The notes beneath the pieces were generated by a model. That model did no database searches. It was given only the letters and a program-made list of their open reading frames with translations, and was not told where the DNA came from. DNA of 64,000 bases, from the NCBI GenBank assembly GCA_965208325.1, contig OZ242326.1, positions 1,376,001 through 1,440,000 on the forward strand, written 5' to 3'. The stretch comes from Candidatus Poribacteria bacterium. Its GTDB lineage: Bacteria > Poribacteria > WGA-4E > PCPOR2b. Below, in pieces: positions 35,535 to 44,770 of this stretch (positions are counted from its first letter, which is position 1; each line of letters opens with the position of its first letter). Position numbers and translations under genes: made by a program.

Positions 35535-36668
35535 TCAATACATATTACTTAGTGCGCTCGCTTCAATGAGGTCATGCAGAAATTTACGGCTGTAACCTTC
35601 CTTTTCGAGCAGAGCATCGCAATCTACCGTGTTCCGCTCATTGGGCCCCTTGCCTGTCTCCAAAATCGAATTGGTGAGCCAACTTGTACGAATCCCGTTT
35701 ATGCCCGAGGTGTAGTTTGTGTTGTATTGACCTTTAGCCAAGCCAACGATCTGATCTACCTTGCAATGCGGATATCCCTTTGGACGCTGAAATGTTAGTG
35801 GCTGCGGCTCGCCGCCCTTTGGGATAAAGCGGATGCCGTCTTTAATCTCAAGAACTCCCGCGCTGCCTTCAAGGATAATCCATTCCTTGAAGCCAATTTG
35901 CGTGTTGCCAACGATTGTAATTTTACCGCTCGACCCATCCTCCATTGTGACCTCTGAGTATGAATCTACTTCTACAGCTTTCATTGAGATATTTCCATCT
36001 TTGTCTTCACTCTTTTTGTCTGTTGTACCGTGCACTTGCATTGGCAACAAGTCTGTCATCCAGAGGAAAATATCCTGCATATGGCTGCCGGAGTCATTCG
36101 GCTGCCCTCCGCCGGAGAATCGCGCATCCCCCCGCCATCCGCTGCCGGGCCAATGTTGCGCTAAGTAGACATCAAACTTTTCCAGTTTGCCGATTATGCC
36201 GTCCGAAAACGCCTTTCTGCCAGTGACATAGATTTCTTCATAATGGCGCTGATATCCGACGACCAGATGCAAACCCCGCCCCATGGCAATCTTGGTCATT
36301 GTAATTGCATCTCCAACAATGTTCGCCATCGGTTTTTCCACGATTACGTGACACCCGGCGCGTAACGCATATTTGGAATGGATATCGTGCAACGAGTGGG
36401 GCGAGAAAACGCCGACAATATCGAGATCCTCTTTGTCCAGCATCTCAATGAATTCATATTCGCCGACGTAACGATTGAAACTGTTTTTCTCGTAGTTTTC
36501 AACGTGTTCGCGGAGGGCATTTTCCAGCGTGTCTATACTTCGTTCACTGTTGTCAGCTACCGCGGCAATCTCAACATCGTCCCGTGCAGCAAACGCTAAC
36601 GTGTTTCCGCGCCCAGCTCCACCGGGACCTATCACACCGACTCTAACGATGCTGTTCTTACTCGCCAT
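35535..36668 (-). CDS. Gfo/Idh/MocA family oxidoreductase
   Basis: VGVIGPGGAG, HVIVEKPMA, VGYQRH, SGGG...DSGSH. Confidence 0.85.
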   Translation of the reverse strand: MASKNSIVRVGVIGPGGAGRGNTLAFAARDDVEIAAVADNSERSIDTLENALREHVENYEKNSFNRYVGEYEFIEMLDKEDLDIVGVFSPHSLHDIHSKYALRAGCHVIVEKPMANIVGDAITMTKIAMGRGLHLVVGYQRHYEEIYVTGRKAFSDGIIGKLEKFDVYLAQHWPGSGWRGDARFSGGGQPNDSGSHMQDIFLWMTDLLPMQVHGTTDKKSEDKDGNISMKAVEVDSYSEVTMEDGSSGKITIVGNTQIGFKEWIILEGSAGVLEIKDGIRFIPKGGEPQPLTFQRPKGYPHCKVDQIVGLAKGQYNTNYTSGINGIRTSWLTNSILETGKGPNERNTVDCDALLEKEGYSRKFLHDLIEASALSNMY

Positions 36669-36785
36669 AACAAGAATGGCTCCTATCCTTAAGAAGAATG
36701 GTTAACTTAGACTTCGATAATTCCGCCGAGAATGCGGCAGCGTTGGCGGTTTGGGTTTCTATTGTAGCGAAACGTTTTTTTTCGC

Positions 36786-37661
36786 TTAGACGCCTAATTG
36801 TCTGAGAACATCCTTCGTCGAAACCATATGTTTGGCGACCCCTAGTTCCTTTGGCGCCAAACCGAGCGCGAGGCCAATCATCTGCGGAAGGTGGAAAACT
36901 GGCACATCGAGTTTGCGTCCGACCACCTTGCTGACTGAAGGCTGTTGGAGGTCGAGATTCATGTGGCAGAGCGGACAAGGCGTCACCATGCAGTCGGCGC
37001 CTTTGTCCTTTGCCTCGCCAATGTGCTTTCCCGCCATTTTGAACGCGGCTTCCTCGTTCTCCAAGTTTATGGGAAACCCGCAGCATCGCGTTTTCCCGTA
37101 GTAATCCACAGGCGTTGCACCCACCGCTTCAATCACGCGTTCCAATGAGGTTGGATTGTCTGGGTTGTCAATTCCCATAACATCCGCAGGCCGAAGGATG
37201 TAACAGCCGTAAAACGGTGCGACGCGCAAACCTGTTAGCGGCTGTTTAACCATGCTGCGTAAATTTTCTGTACCGACCTCCTTGATTAGGACGTACAGAA
37301 GGTGCGTTACATCCACACTCCCGTGATATTCGTGTCCACCATTTTTGAGAACTTCGTTGACTTCTGCACGATAGCCTTCATCCTCGGACAGCTTTTTATT
37401 GCTATTGCGCAGACAGCCGATACATGTCGAACAGACCGTCATTAGCGGCAAGTCTAACTCCTCGGCGAGCGCAAGGGTCTTGGCATTGTACGTATCGGCT
37501 AGCACCGGATTCTGTGCTTGCAGGACTCCTGCGCCGCTGCAAGGCGCACCGGTAAGTTCAATCAACTCTATGCCAAGCAGGGGCGCAATCTTATGGGTGG
37601 ACTGGTTCAGTTCAGGACAGTTTCCCTTGGCAACACATCCGGGAAAGTAGGCAACTCTCAT
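36786..37661 (-). CDS. HdrB-like CCG-domain protein (type-E succinate dehydrogenase anchor)
   Basis: YFPGC, CSGAG, CSTC, PFYGCYILRP, CCGFP, TPCPLCHMNLD; last gene of the sdh cluster; AGGAGG RBS. Confidence 0.85.
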   Translation of the reverse strand: MRVAYFPGCVAKGNCPELNQSTHKIAPLLGIELIELTGAPCSGAGVLQAQNPVLADTYNAKTLALAEELDLPLMTVCSTCIGCLRNSNKKLSEDEGYRAEVNEVLKNGGHEYHGSVDVTHLLYVLIKEVGTENLRSMVKQPLTGLRVAPFYGCYILRPADVMGIDNPDNPTSLERVIEAVGATPVDYYGKTRCCGFPINLENEEAAFKMAGKHIGEAKDKGADCMVTPCPLCHMNLDLQQPSVSKVVGRKLDVPVFHLPQMIGLALGLAPKELGVAKHMVSTKDVLRQLGV

Positions 37662-37789
37662 TCACTCCTCCTGTATCAATTCTGAGGGTCATAATTTGGT
37701 GTATGTTCCATTCTCGCTAGCAGACAAGCGTTTAATCTCGGCGCGGCACCGGCATCTATTGGCTGCATACGTTTAAATTGGCTGAAACA

Positions 37790-38539
37790 CTATCTGACTA
37801 TAGCTTTGAGGTATTCCCGCCTCATCGCGGCAATGTTTGAGATTGAAATCTCTTTAGGGCAGACTGCTTCGCATTCCGCATGGTTGGAACAATCTCCGAA
37901 TCCTTCCTTGTCCATCTGTTCAACCATATTGAGCGCGCGCCGTTTTCTCTCCGGTTTTCCCTGCGATAACAGCGCGAATTGTGTAATTCTCGCCCCAACA
38001 AACAGAGACCCAGATGCGTTCGGACACGCCGCGACGCACGCCCCGCAACCGATACACACAGCGGCGTCCATTGCTTGGTCCGCATCATCTTTAGGTATCG
38101 GCAATGCATTTGCATCGGGCGCCTCACCGACATTCACAGAGATATACCCCCCGGCTGCCATGATTCTATCGAAAGCGCTGCGATCCACAACCAAGTCTTT
38201 AATGACTGGAAACGCCTTCGCACGCCAAGGTTCGATGGTAATGGTATCGCCATCTCTGTACTCACGCATGTGAACTTGGCAGGCGGCGGTTGCGCGCCTT
38301 GGCCCGTGAGCCACGCCATTTATCACAAACCCGCACATACCGCAGATACCTTCGCGGCAGTCGTTGTCAAATTCAATCGCCTCTTCGCCTTTTTTGATGA
38401 GATCTTCATTCAGCATATCAAGCATTTCAAGAAACGACATATCGGGGGAAGCATTACTGATAGTGTAAGGTACCATCTTACCCGCACTGCCAGCGTCTTT
38501 TTGCCGCCAAATGAGCAAATTTAACGTCATGTTTCTCAT
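37790..38539 (-). CDS. sdhB: Succinate dehydrogenase/fumarate reductase Fe-S subunit, type-B-like (second copy)
   Basis: [34 protein letters not shown] (three-Cys [3Fe-4S] motif). Confidence 0.9.
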   Translation of the reverse strand: MRNMTLNLLIWRQKDAGSAGKMVPYTISNASPDMSFLEMLDMLNEDLIKKGEEAIEFDNDCREGICGMCGFVINGVAHGPRRATAACQVHMREYRDGDTITIEPWRAKAFPVIKDLVVDRSAFDRIMAAGGYISVNVGEAPDANALPIPKDDADQAMDAAVCIGCGACVAACPNASGSLFVGARITQFALLSQGKPERKRRALNMVEQMDKEGFGDCSNHAECEAVCPKEISISNIAAMRREYLKAIVR

Positions 38540-38584
38540 TATGGTTAAATTTAATTATTCAGAAATTGGCGTTCACGCCATTAC

Positions 38585-39301
38585 TCAAGACGCAACGCCC
38601 CTAAAGTAAATTATTATGGGGAGCAATAAAAACCCAACCGCCATGGCGGCGGCAAAGACAATACCCACTGCGTAGATAAAAGGTGCATAGCGCGGGTAGC
38701 CGATGCCGATAGATTGAAAAGCGCTCCAGAAACCGTGTCTAAGGTGCAAGCCAAGCAGCAGCATTACCGCAACGTATCCGATTACAGTCCAAATATTACT
38801 GAACTCCTCTTCCACCAATCTGTATATATCCCTAACCTCTTCGCCATGAATTTCCGTGAGGTGTGCGTCAACGTATTCTGCTTCGACGCCCGGCCCGAAC
38901 TTGAACATTTTGAGATGGATGATTACAAAGGCTAACAAAACTATCCCTGTAACCAGCATACTCACAGAACTCAAAGATTTTCGGCTCGGATGCCCTGCCC
39001 CAGCGGTTTTGAAATACCGCATGGCGCGGGGGCGCGCCTCCGTTTTGCGTACTGCAACCGATATCCCCATGATGATATGGACCGCGAAAACGGCGACGAG
39101 TCCAAGTTCAATAACGATGAGGATTTCGCCGAGGTTGTGCAACCAATGCGCATATCGATTAAAGGGTCCGGCATTTTTGTGAAGGAGTAAGAGGTTGCCC
39201 GACAAATGTTCAAGAATGAATACACATAAAACTAAACCCGTAATGCCCGTCAGAAATTTTTTGCCGACCGAAGACCAGACAATTGATGAAAATCGAGACA
39301 T
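38585..39301 (-). CDS. sdhC: Succinate dehydrogenase cytochrome b subunit (single-subunit, type B)
   Basis: SSVGKK...TG, HLSGNL, five TM helices with His residues, LHLRHGFWSAFQSIG. Confidence 0.88.
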   Translation of the reverse strand: MSRFSSIVWSSVGKKFLTGITGLVLCVFILEHLSGNLLLLHKNAGPFNRYAHWLHNLGEILIVIELGLVAVFAVHIIMGISVAVRKTEARPRAMRYFKTAGAGHPSRKSLSSVSMLVTGIVLLAFVIIHLKMFKFGPGVEAEYVDAHLTEIHGEEVRDIYRLVEEEFSNIWTVIGYVAVMLLLGLHLRHGFWSAFQSIGIGYPRYAPFIYAVGIVFAAAMAVGFLLLPIIIYFRGVAS

Positions 39302-39434
39302 AACTTTAAATCAATTCACAGTTCGATATGGAAATTGTTGCATCATCTCGCACGATGGGCGAATGCCGCGGCGAAGTTCCGCAGGTATGGCGACACCGCT
39401 CTTCGACCAGATAGGCTGATTCTCTGTGGCGTCC

Positions 39435-40400
39435 CTACTCTGTCCCCTTCTTTACTTCCAACTCTTCATGGATGCGCCGGACATCTTGGACCTCCGTCAC
39501 CGATGGGTGGGTGCCGGGTAAAAGGGGTTTGATTTTACCTTTCAGGGTGGCTTTAATCGCGATGCCTGCGTTCCGAAAAGCCCAACCGATACCCGCCGCT
39601 TTTATGGGCAGCGTGCGTTCATCAAGCACGCCGGTGTGCGCTACACTTTCGGTAAAGTGCAGGACGTGTTTCGCGCCGACGTTGTCCGTCAAGCCAGCGT
39701 CAATCGCCAATTCACGAAGCTTAATAATCTGATCCATCGGGGCAACATTCTTCGGGCAGACCTGCACGCACTCCACACACCGCGTACAATCCCAGATACC
39801 GCCTTCCTCGCTCAATTCGGTTAGCCACTCATGGGATTTTGCGTGGCGCGGATCGCCAACGACACGGTACGCCTTAGCTAATGCCGCAGGCGCCAAGAAT
39901 TTTGACGTTTCCTCCAGCACCGTACAATCGCTCACACACGCACCGCACATAACGCAGTTCATCGGTTGCTGCAGTTCGACCATTTTGCTGTGCGGCACCT
40001 GATACTCACGATCGGGCGGTTCTCCCTCTGTCTCGATCCACGGCTTGACCTGCTGTATCTTGTCCCAAAACATCTCCATATCGGTCACAAGATCTTTGAC
40101 CACCTTCATGTTACCCATCGGCTCCACACAAACCTCTTCACCGTTGGGAGCAAGCTTCGAGAGGGCAGTTTTGCAACCCAACTTTGCGTGTCCGTTCACC
40201 CTAAAGGCACACGAACCGCAGACGGCGCTGCGGCACGAACACCGCATCGTCAGTGTGCCATCAATATCTTCACGCACCTTGATGAGTGCGTCTAATACGG
40301 TCGAGAAGTCTGGTAAACCGTCCACTTGATACGTGTCATAGTGCGGTTCTTGGTCTTTTTGCGGATCGTATCGGTACACTTTTAAGTTGGCTTGTATCAT
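39435..40400 (-). CDS. sdhB: Succinate dehydrogenase Fe-S subunit, type-E-like with C-terminal extension
   Basis: CSCRSAVCGSC, CVMCGACVSDC, CTRCVECVQVCP (four Cys, second [4Fe-4S]), extended C-terminus. Confidence 0.9.
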   Translation of the reverse strand: MIQANLKVYRYDPQKDQEPHYDTYQVDGLPDFSTVLDALIKVREDIDGTLTMRCSCRSAVCGSCAFRVNGHAKLGCKTALSKLAPNGEEVCVEPMGNMKVVKDLVTDMEMFWDKIQQVKPWIETEGEPPDREYQVPHSKMVELQQPMNCVMCGACVSDCTVLEETSKFLAPAALAKAYRVVGDPRHAKSHEWLTELSEEGGIWDCTRCVECVQVCPKNVAPMDQIIKLRELAIDAGLTDNVGAKHVLHFTESVAHTGVLDERTLPIKAAGIGWAFRNAGIAIKATLKGKIKPLLPGTHPSVTEVQDVRRIHEELEVKKGTE

Positions 40401-40504
40401 TCATCATCTCCTTTGGGACCCCAGCGGTTAGCGGCTTGCAACTCGAAAAAACACACGGATTTAACTATCCACAGACCGCTCGGCGCTGCCGTCGTACATC
40501 AGTG

Positions 40505-42208
40505 CTAATATTTCCGTGCCTCAGGCTGCCATTGGGTAATCGTCACCGGCAAATAGTTGATTGCGGGACCGTCGGGTGTTTGGTAGACAACCACATGTTT
40601 AATCCAGTTTTCATCGTCGCGTTCAGGGTAATCGGTCCGAGTATGCGCCCCCCGGCTCTCCTTCCGGGCAAGCGCACTAACGATTATCGTTTCCGCGCAG
40701 TCTAGCATGTAATCTAACTCTAGGACTGCCAATAAATCAGTATTGAACACACGCCCCTTATCGTGAACGGAGATTTCGTTATAACGATTACGAACTTCAC
40801 CGATTTGGCGTTGGGCTTCGAGCAAACCGGCTTCGTCTCGAAATACACCGGTGTATTGATGCATAATCTCGCCCATCTCTAGCCTTAAGGCTGGTGCGCG
40901 CAGGTCGGTTGAACGCGAAAAGATGTCGATTATTTTCTGCTCTTCTATCTCCACAGCTTGATCCGAGACGTTCGAAGGGTTTATACTCCTGGCGTAATCC
41001 GCGGCATGCGCCCCGGCTCGCCGGCCGAATGCGACGCAGTCGAGCAGGCTGTTTCCGCCCAAACGGTTTGCACCGTGCGCCGAAACACACGCTACTTCGC
41101 CGGCAGCATACAATCCGGGGAGCGCCTCTACACCATCGCCGTTTTGCCGGTAACACCGCCCATCCACGTCGGTCTTGATTCCGCCCATAATATAGTGCAT
41201 TCCCGGTCGAATTGGCAGCGGTTCCTGCGTGATGTCTACGTTAGCGTAATCCTGTGCGAGTTCGTATATCTGGTGGAACGCTTCCAAGATACGGTCTTTG
41301 ATATGCCGGCAATCCAGCAGCACACACCCGTCCACGCCGCGCCCTTCTTGGATTTCAATGGTTTCGGCGCGCGACACAACATCGCGTGAAGCTTTCTCCA
41401 GCAGTGTCGTGGCGCCGTAGCGTTCATTCTGCATAAAACGATCGCCGTCGGCGTTCAGTAAATAGGCGCCCTCGCCGCGCGCGCCTTCGGTGATGAGGAA
41501 GCCGTTGGCAGGCAGGGTTGTCGGGTGGTATTGAACCATCTCCATATCCATGATTAGCGCGCCGACCCTATAGGCTAATGCTAACCCGTCGCCCGTCACG
41601 ATTAACCCGTTGGTACTCGGTTCATAAACGCGGCCGCAGCCGCCCGTGCACAAGATGACCGATTTTGCCTTAAAGACCTCTAGTTTGCCGCTCACGATTT
41701 CCATCGCCACTGCACCGCAGCAGGCGCCATCGTCCATCAACAGCGTTGTCACGAACCACTCGTCATAGGATTTGACATCCATCCGGAGCAGTTGTTCGTA
41801 CATGACGTGAAGAATTGTTTGCCCGGTCATGTCCCCTACGTGGCAAGTGCGGCTCTTATCCGTGCCGCCGAAACCGCGCATGTGGATACGCCCTTCATCG
41901 TCGCGATCGAAGATAACACCGTGATGTTCAAGTGTGAATATATCCTGAATACCTTCGCTGCACAGAATCTCAATGGCGTCCTGATCGCCTAAGAAGTCGC
42001 TGCCCTTGACGGTTTCGTAAGCGTGAACCTCCCACGAGTCGGCAATACCGAGTGCCGCGTTGATGCCGCCCTGCGCCGCAGCCGAGTGCGAGCGTGTCGG
42101 GTACACTTTCGACATCATGGCTACGTCCGCGCCTGCCTGCCTCGCATGCAACGCAGCGCTCATTCCCGCCAAACCACCGCCAATAACGAGCACGTCGTGT
42201 TCAATCAT
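40505..42208 (-). CDS. sdhA: Succinate dehydrogenase flavoprotein subunit
   Basis: GGGLAG, RSHSAAAQGG (covalent FAD His), QYHPT, TEGARGEG, HYIMGG, HGANRLGGNSL, ESRGAH. Confidence 0.95.
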   Translation of the reverse strand: MIEHDVLVIGGGLAGMSAALHARQAGADVAMMSKVYPTRSHSAAAQGGINAALGIADSWEVHAYETVKGSDFLGDQDAIEILCSEGIQDIFTLEHHGVIFDRDDEGRIHMRGFGGTDKSRTCHVGDMTGQTILHVMYEQLLRMDVKSYDEWFVTTLLMDDGACCGAVAMEIVSGKLEVFKAKSVILCTGGCGRVYEPSTNGLIVTGDGLALAYRVGALIMDMEMVQYHPTTLPANGFLITEGARGEGAYLLNADGDRFMQNERYGATTLLEKASRDVVSRAETIEIQEGRGVDGCVLLDCRHIKDRILEAFHQIYELAQDYANVDITQEPLPIRPGMHYIMGGIKTDVDGRCYRQNGDGVEALPGLYAAGEVACVSAHGANRLGGNSLLDCVAFGRRAGAHAADYARSINPSNVSDQAVEIEEQKIIDIFSRSTDLRAPALRLEMGEIMHQYTGVFRDEAGLLEAQRQIGEVRNRYNEISVHDKGRVFNTDLLAVLELDYMLDCAETIIVSALARKESRGAHTRTDYPERDDENWIKHVVVYQTPDGPAINYLPVTITQWQPEARKY

Positions 42209-42253
42209 AAAACTCCCTCTGCATTCTTCCTAATGCTATCGCAAATGATCCTA

Positions 42254-42283
42254 ATCTTACCAAGATTCGCATGATGTTGTCAA
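42254..42283 (-). promoter_or_regulatory. Putative sigma70 promoter of the sdh operon
   Basis: TTGACA-N18-TAAGAT with extended -10 TG. Confidence 0.55.
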
Positions 42284-42411
42284 TGAAATTCTTTACGCCG
42301 GTTGGCTGATCCCAACTGTTAAACATAACACATTCATCAACGCAAATGCAAGCGCTATATCGCAAGCAGTACGCTTCCCGAAACTTATGAACTGGAATCA
42401 ACTCAACGTGC

Positions 42412-42440
42412 TTGATTTTTCAGTAAATTCGTGCTAGAAT
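42412..42440 (+). promoter_or_regulatory. Putative sigma70 promoter
   Basis: TTGATT-N17-TAGAAT with extended -10 TG, upstream of ATG 42503. Confidence 0.55.
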
Positions 42441-42502
42441 GGGGAGAATTCGTGGGGAGAGGTGCGCCATAGCCAAGTTAGAATTGAGGAGATATTGAAG
42501 TT

Positions 42503-44509
42503 ATGAAAAAAACGATTGCCCTTTTGATTATTGCTTGCATGTATTACATATATGGAACCGGGCTGGCATTTGGGGTTAGTTTTCTAAAATTTGAGCGCGA
42601 GTTTAGCGGAAAAGGCAGCACAAACGGGGCATTCAGCAAAAACGTCCACGTTGCATTCGACGCCGAAGGCAACATTTATGTGAGCGATGCTGATAACAGG
42701 CTGCTGCAGAAACTGTCGTCGACAGGCGAATTCTTGATGCAAACCCCTATGGATCCTAAATCGACGGAAAATATTCTGAAAAAGCCGGGCGACATCGCGG
42801 TAGATGGGGAGGGCAACATATACGTAGCTGATAACACCGCGCACCACATCAAAGAAACAGAAAATCCGAAAATCTACATGTTTGCGCCGTGTGTTTACAA
42901 GCTCAATCCTAGCGGTGAGTTGATGCACACCTATTTCGTTGACCCCGTTGATGTACGCCCAAAGCAGGTATTGCCCGCGCACCTGATGATTGACGAAGAC
43001 GGCAAATCCGCCTTTGGGATTCAGCCGAAACTGCATGACCGTAAATTGCTAGTTGATGTCAACCGCCAAAACCAGCTGTACGTACTTGACCAGAAAAAGT
43101 CCACAGTCAGCATGTTTGGCGCAGATGGTGAAAAATTAAGGGAGTTTGGCAGGTACGGCGCAGCGAACGGAGAATTCGACGGCGATGCCTCCGACATTGA
43201 AATTGACAGCGCGGGGAATGTGCTAATTGCAGACACCGGCAACCACCGCGTGGTCAAGTTTAATCCGGACGGGCAATTCGTGCTGAGTTTCGGCATTAAA
43301 GGACGCGGCAGCGGCGAATTCACCAAACCGCTGGCAATCGCCGCGCTGGCGACCGGCGAGATTCTTGTCAAGGATGCCAGCCAATTCAAGCGTCATCTGG
43401 GTGGATTGCCAGCCGGCGGCTTGATGACGTTAATCTCGCCGTCCGGCGTTGGGATTGCCGATACCGTTACGGCGAACGCGCGGAATAGAAATACGATACT
43501 CGGTCAAAATATGCCGGGGCAATCCGATTTGGACGTATTGCAGCGGCGAATTCGACTTCTGGAGGAGGCAGAATACAGGCGGTATTTCAGCGAATATTTC
43601 GATGAAGAGGACGATAAAGATAAAAATAAGAAAGAGGAAGACGAAGATCTGAAAGCAGCGGCAGTCCGAGCGACTATCTATCACAATGTCATCGCCAGGG
43701 TTCAGAAATTCGACAGCAACGGCAGATACAAAGACCGCGTAATTTATGAGGTCGATAAACAGAGCGATACAGACCGCGACATCGCATTTCTGGCGTTGGA
43801 TTCCTTGGGCCGAATCTACCTGCGTAATGCGAGCGATTTGACTATCCATCAATATTCAATCGCCGGGTTCACGATAAAGCCGTCGCACATGAACGCGCTC
43901 TACAACTCCAGAGCAAGCAACATTGACACCGAGTTTCTTGAAGACTACGAGGATATCGACGCGCACGCGGACGTGATAGATCAATTCAATCAGTTGCGCA
44001 TGGATAACACCTTTTTCTGGACTTATGCCCTGTCGGAACGCTGGAATCTGATGTTGGTCGACACCCTTAGCTACGGTGAAATAGACGAACGCTACACCAC
44101 GCCTCCCAAACGCGAGGACAGCTATGACCTAGATACGAATGCGCTCACGAACACTTTCGCTGCAAACCTAAAATTCATCACCAATCCAAATCCTTACCAA
44201 TATCAAGAACTAAACTTATATGCCGAACGGGTTGACGGCAGGACGGAACTTGGCAGAAACGCAATCTACCAAGACCTGAATCGACAGCGCCAAGAAGATG
44301 AAGGCGATGCCGAATCATTAGCTGTCGGACTAAACTGGGATATCTTGTCCAAGATGAATTTGTGGCTTGAATACTCCGATCTCAATCCCGCCGATACAAG
44401 CCGCAACTATACCCGCCGCTACTTCGATGTTTCTGGAGATCTCTACGAAGTCTTCGCTATCCGGAATCAGAGAAAACAGTTTTTGGGTGAATTGTCGATA
44501 AAATTTTAA
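42503..44509 (+). CDS. NHL-repeat beta-propeller protein with putative C-terminal outer-membrane beta-barrel
   Basis: Signal peptide; NHL repeats (PGDIAVDGEGNIYVAD, IADTGNHRVVKF, FGxxGxGxGEF); alternating strands ending FLGELSIKF. Confidence 0.75.
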   Translation: MKKTIALLIIACMYYIYGTGLAFGVSFLKFEREFSGKGSTNGAFSKNVHVAFDAEGNIYVSDADNRLLQKLSSTGEFLMQTPMDPKSTENILKKPGDIAVDGEGNIYVADNTAHHIKETENPKIYMFAPCVYKLNPSGELMHTYFVDPVDVRPKQVLPAHLMIDEDGKSAFGIQPKLHDRKLLVDVNRQNQLYVLDQKKSTVSMFGADGEKLREFGRYGAANGEFDGDASDIEIDSAGNVLIADTGNHRVVKFNPDGQFVLSFGIKGRGSGEFTKPLAIAALATGEILVKDASQFKRHLGGLPAGGLMTLISPSGVGIADTVTANARNRNTILGQNMPGQSDLDVLQRRIRLLEEAEYRRYFSEYFDEEDDKDKNKKEEDEDLKAAAVRATIYHNVIARVQKFDSNGRYKDRVIYEVDKQSDTDRDIAFLALDSLGRIYLRNASDLTIHQYSIAGFTIKPSHMNALYNSRASNIDTEFLEDYEDIDAHADVIDQFNQLRMDNTFFWTYALSERWNLMLVDTLSYGEIDERYTTPPKREDSYDLDTNALTNTFAANLKFITNPNPYQYQELNLYAERVDGRTELGRNAIYQDLNRQRQEDEGDAESLAVGLNWDILSKMNLWLEYSDLNPADTSRNYTRRYFDVSGDLYEVFAIRNQRKQFLGELSIKF

Positions 44510-44594
44510 TTGGCGGTATGGACAATTTATACCGACGCCATTTCTCGATTCACCATTCGACTCACACCAAATAACCCCTGAGCGACAGCGGGCG

Positions 44595-44615
44595 TGTAGA
44601 ATCTCGAATCCTACA
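44595..44615. repeat. GTAG...CTAC REP-like palindrome
   Basis: TGTAGAAT-CTCGA-ATCCTACA between convergent genes. Confidence 0.5.
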
Positions 44616-44623
44616 TACAAAAT

Positions 44624-44699
44624 AGCCCCAGCGGGACGATAGGTATTTGGTAACGCGGAAACTATACTCATCAAATACCCGTAGGGACGGCAGGTTTAT
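44624..44699 (-). repeat. Tandem 24-bp intergenic repeat pair (period 52), inverted copy of 21104-21179
   Basis: AGCCCCAGCGGGACGATAGGTATT (44624) and TACCCCGTAGGGACGGCAGGTTTA (44676). Confidence 0.65.
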
Positions 44700-44770
44700 A
44701 GATTCGCGGATTCATGGTGCCTGTTGCCTTGACGGGCGACGTAAACGAAATCAATCCGTCCCCTGTTCCT

